Positions 1 to 7,478 of a stretch of 64,000 bases of DNA are shown here, piece by piece. The position numbers and the translations under genes were made by a program. Within the stretch, counting starts at the first letter, position 1. Every line of letters begins with the position of its first letter. The notes under the pieces were generated by a model that saw only the letters and a list, made by a program, of their open reading frames with translations, was not told the DNA's origin and did not search any database. The stretch is from a virus, in IMG/VR virus record IMGVR_UViG_3300023172_000016, positions 26,914 through 90,913 of that record; one strand, written 5' to 3'.

Positions 1-174
1 GTAGCATTCAAACTCAATTCTATCAACAGAGTTATCACGAAGACCTACGACATGGTAGTCATCCATCTTCTTTTGTAAATCCTCGAAAGCTATTTCTTCT
101 ATCTTTCTGGAGTCAATAGATCCAATAGGAAATCTAACTACCAGTATCGGCTTTGCTATTTTCTTTTTCGTCAT
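1..174 (-). CDS. hypothetical protein, partial (runs off left edge)
   Basis: Manual translation MTKKKIAKPILVVRFPIGSIDSRKIEEIAF..., open to position 1. Confidence 0.6.
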   Translation of the reverse strand, partial: MTKKKIAKPILVVRFPIGSIDSRKIEEIAFEDLQKKMDDYHVVGLRDNSVDRIEFECY

Positions 175-184
175 GCGGTTCTTT

Positions 185-349
185 TTAATCCATGTCTTCC
201 TTCGAAGGGTGGTTATTTGGTCTTCCTAGAAAGTCAGTTCTTTCACCCTTCTCCTCCTTATCATAACCCCATTTAAAGATTCTAAAAACCATAACTAATC
301 CGGCCAAGCCGAACATTAGGATAAGGGAAAGTAGTGGAAAATCAATCAT
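185..349 (-). CDS. small membrane protein (54 aa)
   Basis: Manual translation MIDFPLLSLILMFGLAGLVMVFRIFKWGY...; hydrophobic N-terminus. Confidence 0.55.
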   Translation of the reverse strand: MIDFPLLSLILMFGLAGLVMVFRIFKWGYDKEEKGERTDFLGRPNNHPSKEDMD

Positions 350-368
350 AGTTTTTAATTTTTGTTAG

Positions 369-440
369 TAGCCCCGCCAGGAATCGAACCTGGATCAAAA
401 GTTTAGGAAACCCCCATTCTATCCGTTGAACTACGGGGCC
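369..440 (-). tRNA. tRNA-Arg(CCT)
   Basis: GGCCCCG acceptor stem, anticodon loop TT-CCT-AA, T-arm CCAGG-TTCGATT-CCTGG. Confidence 0.9.
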
Positions 441-456
441 AGCATTTATTTGTTAA

Positions 457-1134
457 TTAAATATAAGATTTTCTAAACAATGCTATAACATCCTTTGCGT
501 CATCAACAGCATCGTGTGTGACAACTTTATCCAAACCTGCTCTTTCCTTGCAAAGGCTTAGACCTGGAAGAGATTCATCATTTTTCCAATCCGTAAATAA
601 TACACTTGGATCTAAAACCCTTTGTCTAATCCTCACTAGTTGTTTCCATCTAGGAAGTCTAACTAAGAACTTCATATCGAAAGTAGCAAAGTTTTTCCCA
701 GCTGCTGATATGGTAATTGGTCTGGTTTTGTTTGTAATTGCTGGTAGCATTTTGCCATTTTTCCTCGTGACATAACCATCAGACACTGGATCGTTTAGTT
801 TAACGAAACCATTCTCTGCTAACCAATAATAGAACTCTTCTGCAACATCATCCTCATTCATGAATTTCATGCCTGTGAGTCTTTCAAGATCAAATATTTC
901 ACTATCGTCCTCGGCTGTTTGGTAATGAACAATGGATTCGATGATTTCCTTGTTCATGTTAATTGCATAAGGAGATCCCTCGATTCTTTTGTGTAAGATA
1001 GCTGCATGGAAGGTCGGAAGATCCTCCATGGGTTTAATGTTGTTGGTGTCTTCAATGACTGCACCAATTGTTAGGATCTGACAATTTTCTGGGTCAAGTC
1101 CTGTGGTTTCTAAATCTATGCTTATGTACTTCAT
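457..1134 (-). CDS. DEDDh 3'-5' exonuclease (DnaQ/oligoribonuclease-like)
   Basis: IDLETTG ExoI, NFATFD ExoII, HDAVDD ExoIII motifs. Confidence 0.85.
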   Translation of the reverse strand: MKYISIDLETTGLDPENCQILTIGAVIEDTNNIKPMEDLPTFHAAILHKRIEGSPYAINMNKEIIESIVHYQTAEDDSEIFDLERLTGMKFMNEDDVAEEFYYWLAENGFVKLNDPVSDGYVTRKNGKMLPAITNKTRPITISAAGKNFATFDMKFLVRLPRWKQLVRIRQRVLDPSVLFTDWKNDESLPGLSLCKERAGLDKVVTHDAVDDAKDVIALFRKSYI

Positions 1135-1144
1135 TTATCTCCTA

Positions 1145-1477
1145 TTATGATCCTACTTTCCTTGAATTTTTGTGATTTGTCCTTATGATTATCTCAACCT
1201 CACGGTCGTCTAAAATTCCAAAATTAACTTCTTCCTGTTCTTTCCAAGCTTTATACTGTACTACATAGTTTCCTTGTATAACTATTTCGTACTTGGAAGG
1301 CTCGTTTATAACCTCATATCTAATGAGGATACAATATGCGCTTGGGAAAGAAACCGATTTAACATCTACGACACGGTCCTCAGTTTTTTTGATTTTCTTC
1401 TGTGAGAACTTATTTACCCATTTCCAGAATCTATTTTTTCCTGGATTGCCCAATATTTTAAATTGCATAACTTTCAA
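1145..1477 (-). CDS. hypothetical protein
   Basis: 110-aa ORF in the gene string. Confidence 0.55.
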   Translation of the reverse strand: MKVMQFKILGNPGKNRFWKWVNKFSQKKIKKTEDRVVDVKSVSFPSAYCILIRYEVINEPSKYEIVIQGNYVVQYKAWKEQEEVNFGILDDREVEIIIRTNHKNSRKVGS

Positions 1478-1538
1478 TGACTGGTGTATCTTTCTATCCT
1501 CAATAATAGCATTGTTTCCCGTAATAAAAAAACGAGCA

Positions 1539-1565
1539 CAAAAAAGGCCTCAATATTTGAGACCC
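1539..1565 (-). terminator. intrinsic terminator
   Basis: GGGTCTCAA-ATA-TTGAGGCC hairpin followed by a T run on the minus strand. Confidence 0.6.
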
Positions 1566-1590
1566 TTAATTTTCTGTGAGTTTATAACTC

Positions 1591-1782
1591 TTAGATGAAT
1601 AGAATCAAATCACCAAACGAATCCCAATCACCATTGTCCTTTTCAGATTCTTTATCCGAATCATCATGTTCGTTCTCGGTTATTTCAGAATAGTAATCCC
1701 CGTAGGAATCATAGTGTGGAAGGAAAAAAGGATGGTCGGCTGCAGATTTTTCTGGGTTGTTAGGGGAAGGTGGCTGGTTCAT
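1591..1782 (-). CDS. small acidic hypothetical protein
   Basis: 63-aa ORF preceded by a GATAAATA motif and followed by a terminator. Confidence 0.5.
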   Translation of the reverse strand: MNQPPSPNNPEKSAADHPFFLPHYDSYGDYYSEITENEHDDSDKESEKDNGDWDSFGDLILFI

Positions 1783-1835
1783 TTTGTGGATTGGATTTTC
1801 TTGTATTTATCTTAGAATTTATTTTTTTTAAACTG

Positions 1836-1908
1836 AGGCACAGACTGGATTCGAACCAGTGAATAACGGATTTGCAGTCCGCTCCCTTAGCCACTTGGGT
1901 ACTGTGCC
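1836..1908 (-). tRNA. tRNA-Cys(GCA)
   Basis: GGCACAG/CTGTGCC acceptor, GCGGA-CTGCAAA-TCCGT anticodon arm, canonical T-arm. Confidence 0.95.
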
Positions 1909-2052
1909 TTATGCAGGTACAGGAGTTTGTATTTTAGACCCGGTTGGAAGTTGAGCGCTTGCTAATTCTTTTGCAATTATAGAATTTGGTGCTTCGATAT
2001 AAAGTCTTAGTGTTCCTCCCCTTTGTAAAATATAATCAACCCTGTATTTCAT
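1909..2052 (-). CDS. small hypothetical protein (47 aa) between tRNAs
   Basis: Manual translation MKYRVDYILQRGGTLRLYIEAPNSIIAKELASAQLPTGSKIQTPVPA*. Confidence 0.55.
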   Translation of the reverse strand: MKYRVDYILQRGGTLRLYIEAPNSIIAKELASAQLPTGSKIQTPVPA

Positions 2053-2071
2053 CTCTTAATTAATTAGTTAG

Positions 2072-2157
2072 TAGTCCGGGCGGGACTCGAACCCGCACGA
2101 GCATTACTGCTCAAAAGATTTTAAGTCTTTCATGTCTACCGATTCCATCACCGGACC
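2072..2157 (-). tRNA. tRNA-Leu(TAA)
   Basis: AAAGA-CTTAAAA-TCTTT anticodon arm, long variable arm, GCGGG-TTCGAGT-CCCGC T-arm. Confidence 0.95.
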
Positions 2158-2191
2158 AACTCCACAAATCTAAGATATGGCTGGAAAATGT

Positions 2192-3061
2192 CTACGATCT
2201 TTTTTGGTAAACTTTCAAGTTTTTAACAATCATGCTTCCCTCTGTGGGTGAATTACCATCTTTGGGCTCTTTTAATCCATTATTTAAGATAATAAATTGT
2301 TCAGCAGAATTGCACTTTAGCATTGCATGAATTTTACAAACTTGAACCAGTTGTCCGTCGAAGTAGATCTTTATAAACTTATCAGTCCAGTGAATTGCAT
2401 ACTGAACAAATCTATCCTGCGGATCTTTGACAAATATTCTAGGCGCTCCGTAATCCTTCTTACCTTCTTGCCAAGTATTCCCTGTTCCCCAATGGATGTT
2501 TGGTTTTAATGAAATATCATTTACATCCTGATCTGTATAAGCCTCAAAAATATCAATCTCTGGTGGCCAGGAGTTAGTACCACTGGTCCAAAATGCTGAC
2601 CATTGCATTTCCTCTTTTGGGAGCTGAATCTCAGCTTCTATCCAGCCATACTTAAAAGATCTTTTTGAACTTATCAAACCAGAAGCCCAAGGAAGCGTAA
2701 ACTCATCAGGAAGTTCGGGTTTTTGTTGCCATTGGGGTAGATCCTTTTTGTATATGGTTTTTGGTAAATATTTGTTTTCTAAAACCAAACCCTCCTTCGT
2801 GTTTTTAGTAGCTTCACCCGTCCAATACCACCAAAGTTGATCTGTGTGGAAAAATCCCCAGGGCTGGCCATATCTCCATTCATCCATGTTGAGTGAAGTG
2901 GAGGTGAAATCATCTTCGAAGGCTAATACATATCCCTCGGGCGGAAGAACCTTTCTTTCGCCAGTAACCTCTTTTTTAGAAAGCCTCCAAGCTTTGTATT
3001 GTAACCAAAAATTATAAAGGTTACCCAAGGGGATTCTTTGTAGATAGTGTTTAAGTACCAT
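2192..3061 (-). CDS. glycoside hydrolase family 16
   Basis: WSAFW and catalytic EIDIFE (ExDxxE) motif. Confidence 0.9.
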   Translation of the reverse strand: MVLKHYLQRIPLGNLYNFWLQYKAWRLSKKEVTGERKVLPPEGYVLAFEDDFTSTSLNMDEWRYGQPWGFFHTDQLWWYWTGEATKNTKEGLVLENKYLPKTIYKKDLPQWQQKPELPDEFTLPWASGLISSKRSFKYGWIEAEIQLPKEEMQWSAFWTSGTNSWPPEIDIFEAYTDQDVNDISLKPNIHWGTGNTWQEGKKDYGAPRIFVKDPQDRFVQYAIHWTDKFIKIYFDGQLVQVCKIHAMLKCNSAEQFIILNNGLKEPKDGNSPTEGSMIVKNLKVYQKRS

Positions 3062-3075
3062 AGATATATTTTTAT

Positions 3076-3651
3076 CTATATAACCACATTAAGAGACCTG
3101 TTGAAAATATATCCCCATATTCTTTCCATCACACAGGGAAAATCATCGTACTCCTCATGCATTTCCATAAGTCTTTCGTAAAATTCCTTAGACCTAGATT
3201 TTATTGAAGATGCAGGAACAACAAACTGAGCTCCAGCAAAAAAGGAATAAAAACCCAATCTAAAACCAAAGATTCTTTTGAAGTATTCGTCGAGTCTCAG
3301 ACCTACGTGATCCGGCCATCCATTCCCGGCAGAACCGAAAAAATATCTACCGAAGGGATTGAAATATATAAAATCCTTTCCAGAATTTTCTTGCTGAACT
3401 ATCTCTTCAAAGATTGTGTCATGGTTTGCGTGATCGAACGGATTTCCTTGAAGAAAACAATAATTTCCATCTAACCTTTCATAATTTTCGACTATAAAGG
3501 AAATGTATGTATAGGACTCTCTTCCTATATTTGGCATGAATTTGTTGTTTAGGAACTCTGAATTTTCTTCTTTCTTTATAACAAAAACTTCCCCAGGCAG
3601 GTCTCTTGACCAACTCACATCTTCCAAATATTGGGCTATTACATATTTCAT
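3076..3651 (-). CDS. DUF3431-like glycan-associated protein
   Basis: VIAQYLEDVSW, PNIGRESYTY, FLQGNPFDH, GAQFVV, MERIW motifs. Confidence 0.7.
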   Translation of the reverse strand: MKYVIAQYLEDVSWSRDLPGEVFVIKKEENSEFLNNKFMPNIGRESYTYISFIVENYERLDGNYCFLQGNPFDHANHDTIFEEIVQQENSGKDFIYFNPFGRYFFGSAGNGWPDHVGLRLDEYFKRIFGFRLGFYSFFAGAQFVVPASSIKSRSKEFYERLMEMHEEYDDFPCVMERIWGYIFNRSLNVVI

Positions 3652-3673
3652 ATTGTATTTATTTATTTATTTG

Positions 3674-3746
3674 CACGCCAGGTAGGATTCGAACCGGCGA
3701 ATAGCGGTTTTGCAGACAGATCCATTAACCACTTGGGTACCTCGCC
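3674..3746 (-). pseudogene. degenerate/chimeric tRNA-Cys(GCA) carrying the tRNA-Trp 3' end
   Basis: D-arm and GCA anticodon resemble the tRNA-Cys at 1836, but acceptor, anticodon and T stems are mismatched; last 14 nt identical to the tRNA-Trp 3' end. Confidence 0.7.
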
Positions 3747-3747
3747 A

Positions 3748-4377
3748 TTATTTTATCCATCTATGATAATCCATATTTTGCATTTGGATATCACTAAACC
3801 CAACTCTCTGAAATGCAATTGATGGAGAAAAGCAATATGCCTTACATCCCTTTTGTAAATCAGTAAGCATCACATCCAATGGTGCATTCTTTTTAGATAT
3901 CCGATCCAGAAAATTTCTAAAGAATTTACTGTTAATGCCAACAGCGTGAGTTGAGAATGTGTGATGCACTTGAACTAAATTCTCAGATACCTGGATTGGA
4001 GCCTTAGCCCCTTTATGAGAGTTGTGATTACCACCAAAATATAAAAGGTCCCAGTCACCCGGAATTTGTTGACTCAATTCACTGAAAGACTCAATCTCTG
4101 GTGTAAAGTAGCAGTCATCCTCAAGGATTAATAGATTACCAGAGTTTCCTTCTATACATTTTTCGACTATATCAATGTTGGAAAGGACCAGACCCAGCTC
4201 GGATGTTTTAATCGAGGTTTCTTTTGGATTTAGTTTCTTTCCGTCATAAGCAGAAAACCGCTGGACATTTTCTATATCCCATTTTTCGAACTCCAAAAGA
4301 GATTCTTCCCACTTGTCCATCCTCCTATCTAAATTGACACAAAATATGGATTCAAAGAAACTATTAATACCGGACAT
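3748..4377 (-). CDS. glycosyltransferase family 25-like
   Basis: CVNLDRRMDKW, RFSAYDG, LILEDD, WDLLYFGG, STHA motifs. Confidence 0.85.
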   Translation of the reverse strand: MSGINSFFESIFCVNLDRRMDKWEESLLEFEKWDIENVQRFSAYDGKKLNPKETSIKTSELGLVLSNIDIVEKCIEGNSGNLLILEDDCYFTPEIESFSELSQQIPGDWDLLYFGGNHNSHKGAKAPIQVSENLVQVHHTFSTHAVGINSKFFRNFLDRISKKNAPLDVMLTDLQKGCKAYCFSPSIAFQRVGFSDIQMQNMDYHRWIK

Positions 4378-4393
4378 ATGTTATTTATCTTAG

Positions 4394-4466
4394 CACGCCA
4401 GGTAGGGCTCGAACCCACGGCCCTCGGTTTTGGAGACCGATGCTCTACCAACTGAGCTACTGGCGT
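4394..4466 (-). tRNA. tRNA-Trp(CCA)
   Basis: TCGGT-CTCCAAA-ACCGA anticodon arm; canonical D and T arms. Confidence 0.95.
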
Positions 4467-4472
4467 AAATTG

Positions 4473-4555
4473 TTGGCAGGGACGGATTCGAACCGCCGTA
4501 CTCCGAAGAGAGCAGATTTACAGTCTGCCGCCTTTAACCACTCGGCCACCTACCA
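4473..4555 (-). tRNA. tRNA-Tyr(GTA)
   Basis: GCAGA-CTGTAAA-TCTGC anticodon arm, long variable arm. Confidence 0.95.
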
Positions 4556-4566
4556 ATTTTGTACCC

Positions 4567-5247
4567 CTATTTCTTTCTAATTACCAGTTTAATATTCGGA
4601 CCAGCGACGTAATGATCACCTAATATCTCCCATTCAGATTCTGGAAATTTACAATAGTGATAAATCATAGAACCCTTTCCCAATATTTCCTGACTTACTG
4701 TGTATTCATCAGTTTTAACAAATTCACCGTTGGAAAAGATGTTCCAGTAAATAATGGTGCCCTGCATGAAATTATCATCTACTGCAATATAGGATCCGCT
4801 TTTCATTTTATCCTTAATTGCCAAAAACTCTAAAAATCCATGGAGCATTGAAGGTTCAGGGTTATAGATGTCCAGATCCCACGAATCAAGATGTACAAGA
4901 TCTGGGGAACCTTCAAATTCCCTTAAAAACTTAACAGAATCCATCTTATAATGGTGAGAATTGTTAAATTCCGGTAAGGTCTCTTTTAAAAGCGATTCAC
5001 TTCTTTCTGAGATCTCCTGATCTATATCAACTGAGTGGAATTCCCCTCCGTTCTCAAATGCCAAATGAGCAAAAAGAAAACCGAAGCATCCATCTTCTAA
5101 ATTCTGACTAGCTCCAGTTTCTATTACACGAAGATTATCTACCGTATGTAGATCAATCAGGTTAGAAATAACTTGAGCCTGACCTATCCTATAGGAAGGT
5201 GGTGAAATGGAATTAAAGAATTCCAAAGATTTTTCCCAATTTTTCAT
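4567..5247 (-). CDS. class I SAM-dependent methyltransferase (Methyltransf_24-like)
   Basis: VIETG, SVDID, DSVKFL, DLVHLDS, IAVDD motifs. Confidence 0.75.
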   Translation of the reverse strand: MKNWEKSLEFFNSISPPSYRIGQAQVISNLIDLHTVDNLRVIETGASQNLEDGCFGFLFAHLAFENGGEFHSVDIDQEISERSESLLKETLPEFNNSHHYKMDSVKFLREFEGSPDLVHLDSWDLDIYNPEPSMLHGFLEFLAIKDKMKSGSYIAVDDNFMQGTIIYWNIFSNGEFVKTDEYTVSQEILGKGSMIYHYCKFPESEWEILGDHYVAGPNIKLVIRKK

Positions 5248-5261
5248 AATATCCGTATTTG

Positions 5262-5362
5262 TAATCGCGATTGGATTCGAACCAATTCCAGCTTTTCCAT
5301 TCAGAGTCAGCCTTACTGTTACTCAACCTTGGGAGGTGCTTCCAACCAATGGACTCGCGATT
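5262..5362 (-). ncRNA. tRNA-like RNA with non-canonical core (~100 nt)
   Basis: AATCGCG/CGCGATT acceptor-like stem and ATTGG-TTCGAAT-CCAAT T-arm; no canonical D or anticodon arm. Confidence 0.6.
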
Positions 5363-5419
5363 GTTTTTTATTACTTAGCAAAGTTAAGCGAATGTGCCGC
5401 TAAATAAAAATAGCTTTCC

Positions 5420-5608
5420 TTATTTCTTAAGGACTTTCTTAGATCTCTCTGCTAACCAGACAGCTCCACTTTTTTTGAATTCCTTCCAGTTATCAAAATC
5501 CCGTAGATCCTGTATAACCTCATCTGGAATAAGTGTGAATCCCTCAGGTGCTATGCCCTGATATTTGTAATACACAGAATTCTCGATTTTTTCTTGTATG
5601 TCTGACAA
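5420..5608 (-). CDS. hypothetical protein
   Basis: 62-aa ORF with TTG start, within the tRNA array. Confidence 0.5.
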   Translation of the reverse strand: MSDIQEKIENSVYYKYQGIAPEGFTLIPDEVIQDLRDFDNWKEFKKSGAVWLAERSKKVLKK

Positions 5609-5629
5609 TGTATCGTGGGTTATTTTTAG

Positions 5630-5705
5630 AGCCGAAGGCAGGAATCGAACCTATCGCGTCAAGACCAGTTTTGGCTGGCTTGCTCTGCCACTGAGCTACT
5701 CCGAC
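5630..5705 (-). pseudogene. tRNA-like gene with aberrant anticodon loop
   Basis: Intact acceptor and D-arm (GCTC-AGTGGCA-GAGC); GCCAG-CCAAAA-CTGGT gives a 6-nt loop; imperfect T stem. Confidence 0.6.
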
Positions 5706-5707
5706 TT

Positions 5708-5783
<76 letters not shown>

Positions 5784-5788
5784 TTTTG

Positions 5789-5862
5789 CTCCCCCACCTG
5801 GGCTCGAACCAGGGACCTATTGATTAACAGTCAACCGCTCTAACCAACTGAGCTATGGAGGA
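5789..5862 (-). tRNA. tRNA-Asn(GTT)
   Basis: GTTGA-CTGTTAA-TCAAT anticodon arm. Confidence 0.95.
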
Positions 5863-5906
5863 ATAGAAAGGTCCGGGCCCAAAAATAGCCCTTTTGAAGA
5901 CCTTAG

Positions 5907-5979
5907 TTGCGGGAGAAGGATTCGAACCTCCGACCTCCAGGTTATGAGCCTGGCGAGCTACCTCTGCTACCATCCCGCG
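5907..5979 (-). tRNA. tRNA-Met(CAT), initiator-like
   Basis: C1:A72 mismatch (CGCGGGA...TCCCGCA); CCAGG-CTCATAA-CCTGG anticodon arm. Confidence 0.9.
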
Positions 5980-5988
5980 ATATAATTA

Positions 5989-6093
5989 AAGGAAGGGGAA
6001 TCTGGCGAGTACTTGTATTTGCCCGTTTCACACCGGTACCAAGCCTCCCGTCTTTTTCCAAATCCTTGCCTCTGTGAATAAGCACCCTTCCTT
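5989..6093 (-). ncRNA. candidate structured ncRNA
   Basis: GC-richer ~105-nt spacer closed by a 9-bp terminal inverted repeat AAGGAAGGG/CCCTTCCTT, between two tRNAs. Confidence 0.4.
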
Positions 6094-6095
6094 AG

Positions 6096-6167
6096 TTGCC
6101 CCTGCTGGACTCGAACCAACACTGACGGAACCAAAATCCGCTGTCCTGCCAATTAGACGAAAGGGCA
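6096..6167 (-). tRNA. tRNA-Gln(TTG)
   Basis: GCGGA-TTTTGGT-TCCGT anticodon arm; TGCCCTT/AGGGGCA acceptor. Confidence 0.9.
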
Positions 6168-6173
6168 AGATTG

Positions 6174-6247
6174 TGGGCCCAGCAGGGCTCGAACCTGCGA
6201 CCTACTGATTATGAGTCAGTTGCTCTAACCAACTGAGCTATGAGCCC
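6174..6247 (-). tRNA. tRNA(CAT), probably Ile2 (lysidine type)
   Basis: GGGCTCA acceptor and ACTGA-CTCATAA-TCAGT arm, resembling bacterial tRNA-Ile2. Confidence 0.85.
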
Positions 6248-6253
6248 AGAAAA

Positions 6254-6306
6254 CAGGATGCTTTTTTTGAATATTTGCTGTATCAAAAAGTTGCTGTATG
6301 CATCCT
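6254..6306 (-). ncRNA. TACAGCAA stem RNA, copy A
   Basis: AGGATGC-A-TACAGCAA...GCATCCT-G; same architecture as 8875-9058 and 9063-9120. Confidence 0.6.
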
Positions 6307-6311
6307 TTTAG

Positions 6312-6393
6312 TACCGAGGGTCGGACTCGAACCGACACACCGTAAGGCGCTAGATCCTAAGTCTAGTGCGTCTACCAATTTCGCCACCCCGGC
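6312..6393 (-). tRNA. tRNA-Leu(TAG)
   Basis: CTAGA-CTTAGGA-TCTAG anticodon arm, long variable arm. Confidence 0.95.
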
Positions 6394-6465
6394 ATTTGCA
6401 GGATATCGCTTAACCTGCGGTGAGTGTTCCTTTCACCTTGTTCCCTTTCGGTACTACGATTTTTT

Positions 6466-6553
6466 TGGCGGAGAGGGAGGGATTCGAACCCCCGGTACGT
6501 TGCCGTACGCCAGTTTTCAAGACTGGAGCATTCGACCACTCTGCCACCTCTCC
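6466..6553 (-). tRNA. tRNA-Ser(TGA)
   Basis: CCAGT-CTTGAAA-ACTGG anticodon arm, long variable arm, CCA encoded. Confidence 0.95.
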
Positions 6554-6652
6554 ATGTTCGGTTTTGTTCCACATTAGCCCTACCACACAGTGGACATGGG
6601 TAGGATTTTGACTAAGGTGCTCCTAAGAGCTTTACACCGAAAACCTGATCAG

Positions 6653-6725
6653 AGCCACTGGAGGGACTTGAACCCCCGACAGGCTGATTACAAATCAGCT
6701 ACTCTACCAGCTGAGTTACAACGGC
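6653..6725 (-). tRNA. tRNA-Thr(TGT)
   Basis: GCTGA-TTTGTAA-TCAGC anticodon arm. Confidence 0.95.
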
Positions 6726-6744
6726 TTTTAGGCATTTTCCAACA

Positions 6745-6755
6745 TGTCAAAGAAC
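6745..6755 (-). promoter_or_regulatory. boxA-like antitermination site
   Basis: GTTCTTTGACA immediately upstream of the first tRNA; resembles rrn boxA. Confidence 0.45.
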
Positions 6756-6847
6756 TGTTTGATTATTTGTCTTTTTTACATCCTGTAGGATATTATGTTT
6801 CCATACAAAAACACAAATAATTACATTTTTTCTCCTCTCAGAGTTTG

Positions 6848-7284
6848 TGGAGCTGGTGGGATTCGAACCCACGTCCAGCTAGGCACACCCAGAGAATCTC
6901 ATTCACAGGCTTATCTAGTTTTTATAAACTAGCAAATCTTTGTCACTTATTTTTTTGGACTGAGATGAGTGACGATACTCAGCGGAAGACGCTAACAGCG
7001 ATCTTAAGGGTATTGGACAGTAGTCCTCAGGGTTACTGATCGACTTCCTATTGTGGGTACTTCTAACCCTTATTCCCCGATGTAACTTTCTGTTCCTAGG
7101 CAGTTACCGCCCAATGCTTAGGCTGCAAGAGCAACTTCAGCTGTTTCAACAGAACCTAGTCCTGCCAAAACGAAAAATGGATTTTCGCCATTTGAAGTGT
7201 TACATAGGTTATTAAAGAGTTTCCAATGCTAACTCTGCCTGCAATTCAAAGAACGTTCGCCTCCTGTCGATTCCATTCAGCCCC
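6848..7284 (-). ncRNA. ssrA: tmRNA
   Basis: 5' GGGGCTGAATGGAATCGAC; 3' GTGGG-TTCGAAT-CCCAC-CAGCTCCA; internal tag ORF 7189-7118 ending ALAA*. Confidence 0.95.
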
Positions 7285-7336
7285 ATTTCTGTTCAGCAAA
7301 TTTAATCTTTGTAAGGGATTAAAAAAACTGAGATAT

Positions 7337-7370
7337 AAAAAAACCCAAATCTTTTGAGAGATTTGGGTTT
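7337..7370 (-). terminator. intrinsic terminator (attenuator candidate)
   Basis: 12-bp stem AAACCCAAATCT/AGATTTGGGTTT, 6-nt loop, followed by TTTT. Confidence 0.8.
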
Positions 7371-7397
7371 AGATATATCTAGACTTCTTCTAAGTGA

Positions 7398-7478
7398 TCA
7401 CCTAAACCCAAAGTGATCCTTGCCTGTTGGGTAAAATCCCAGCGTCCAGATGCACGATATTTGATTTAAATGTTTCAT
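7398..7478 (-). CDS. putative leader peptide MKHLNQISCIWTLGFYPTGKDHFGFR (26 aa)
   Basis: Manual translation; last codons contain TTTGGGTTTAG, complementary to the terminator 5' arm; promoter motifs at 7501-7508 and 7537-7544. Confidence 0.65.
   Translation of the reverse strand: MKHLNQISCIWTLGFYPTGKDHFGFR

Noticed and set aside
5967-7039. ORF-track calls 5967-6152, 6275-6577, 6372-6572, 6420-6611, 6590-6820, 6845-7039
   Set aside because: They overlap tRNA or tmRNA genes and are translations of structured RNA.
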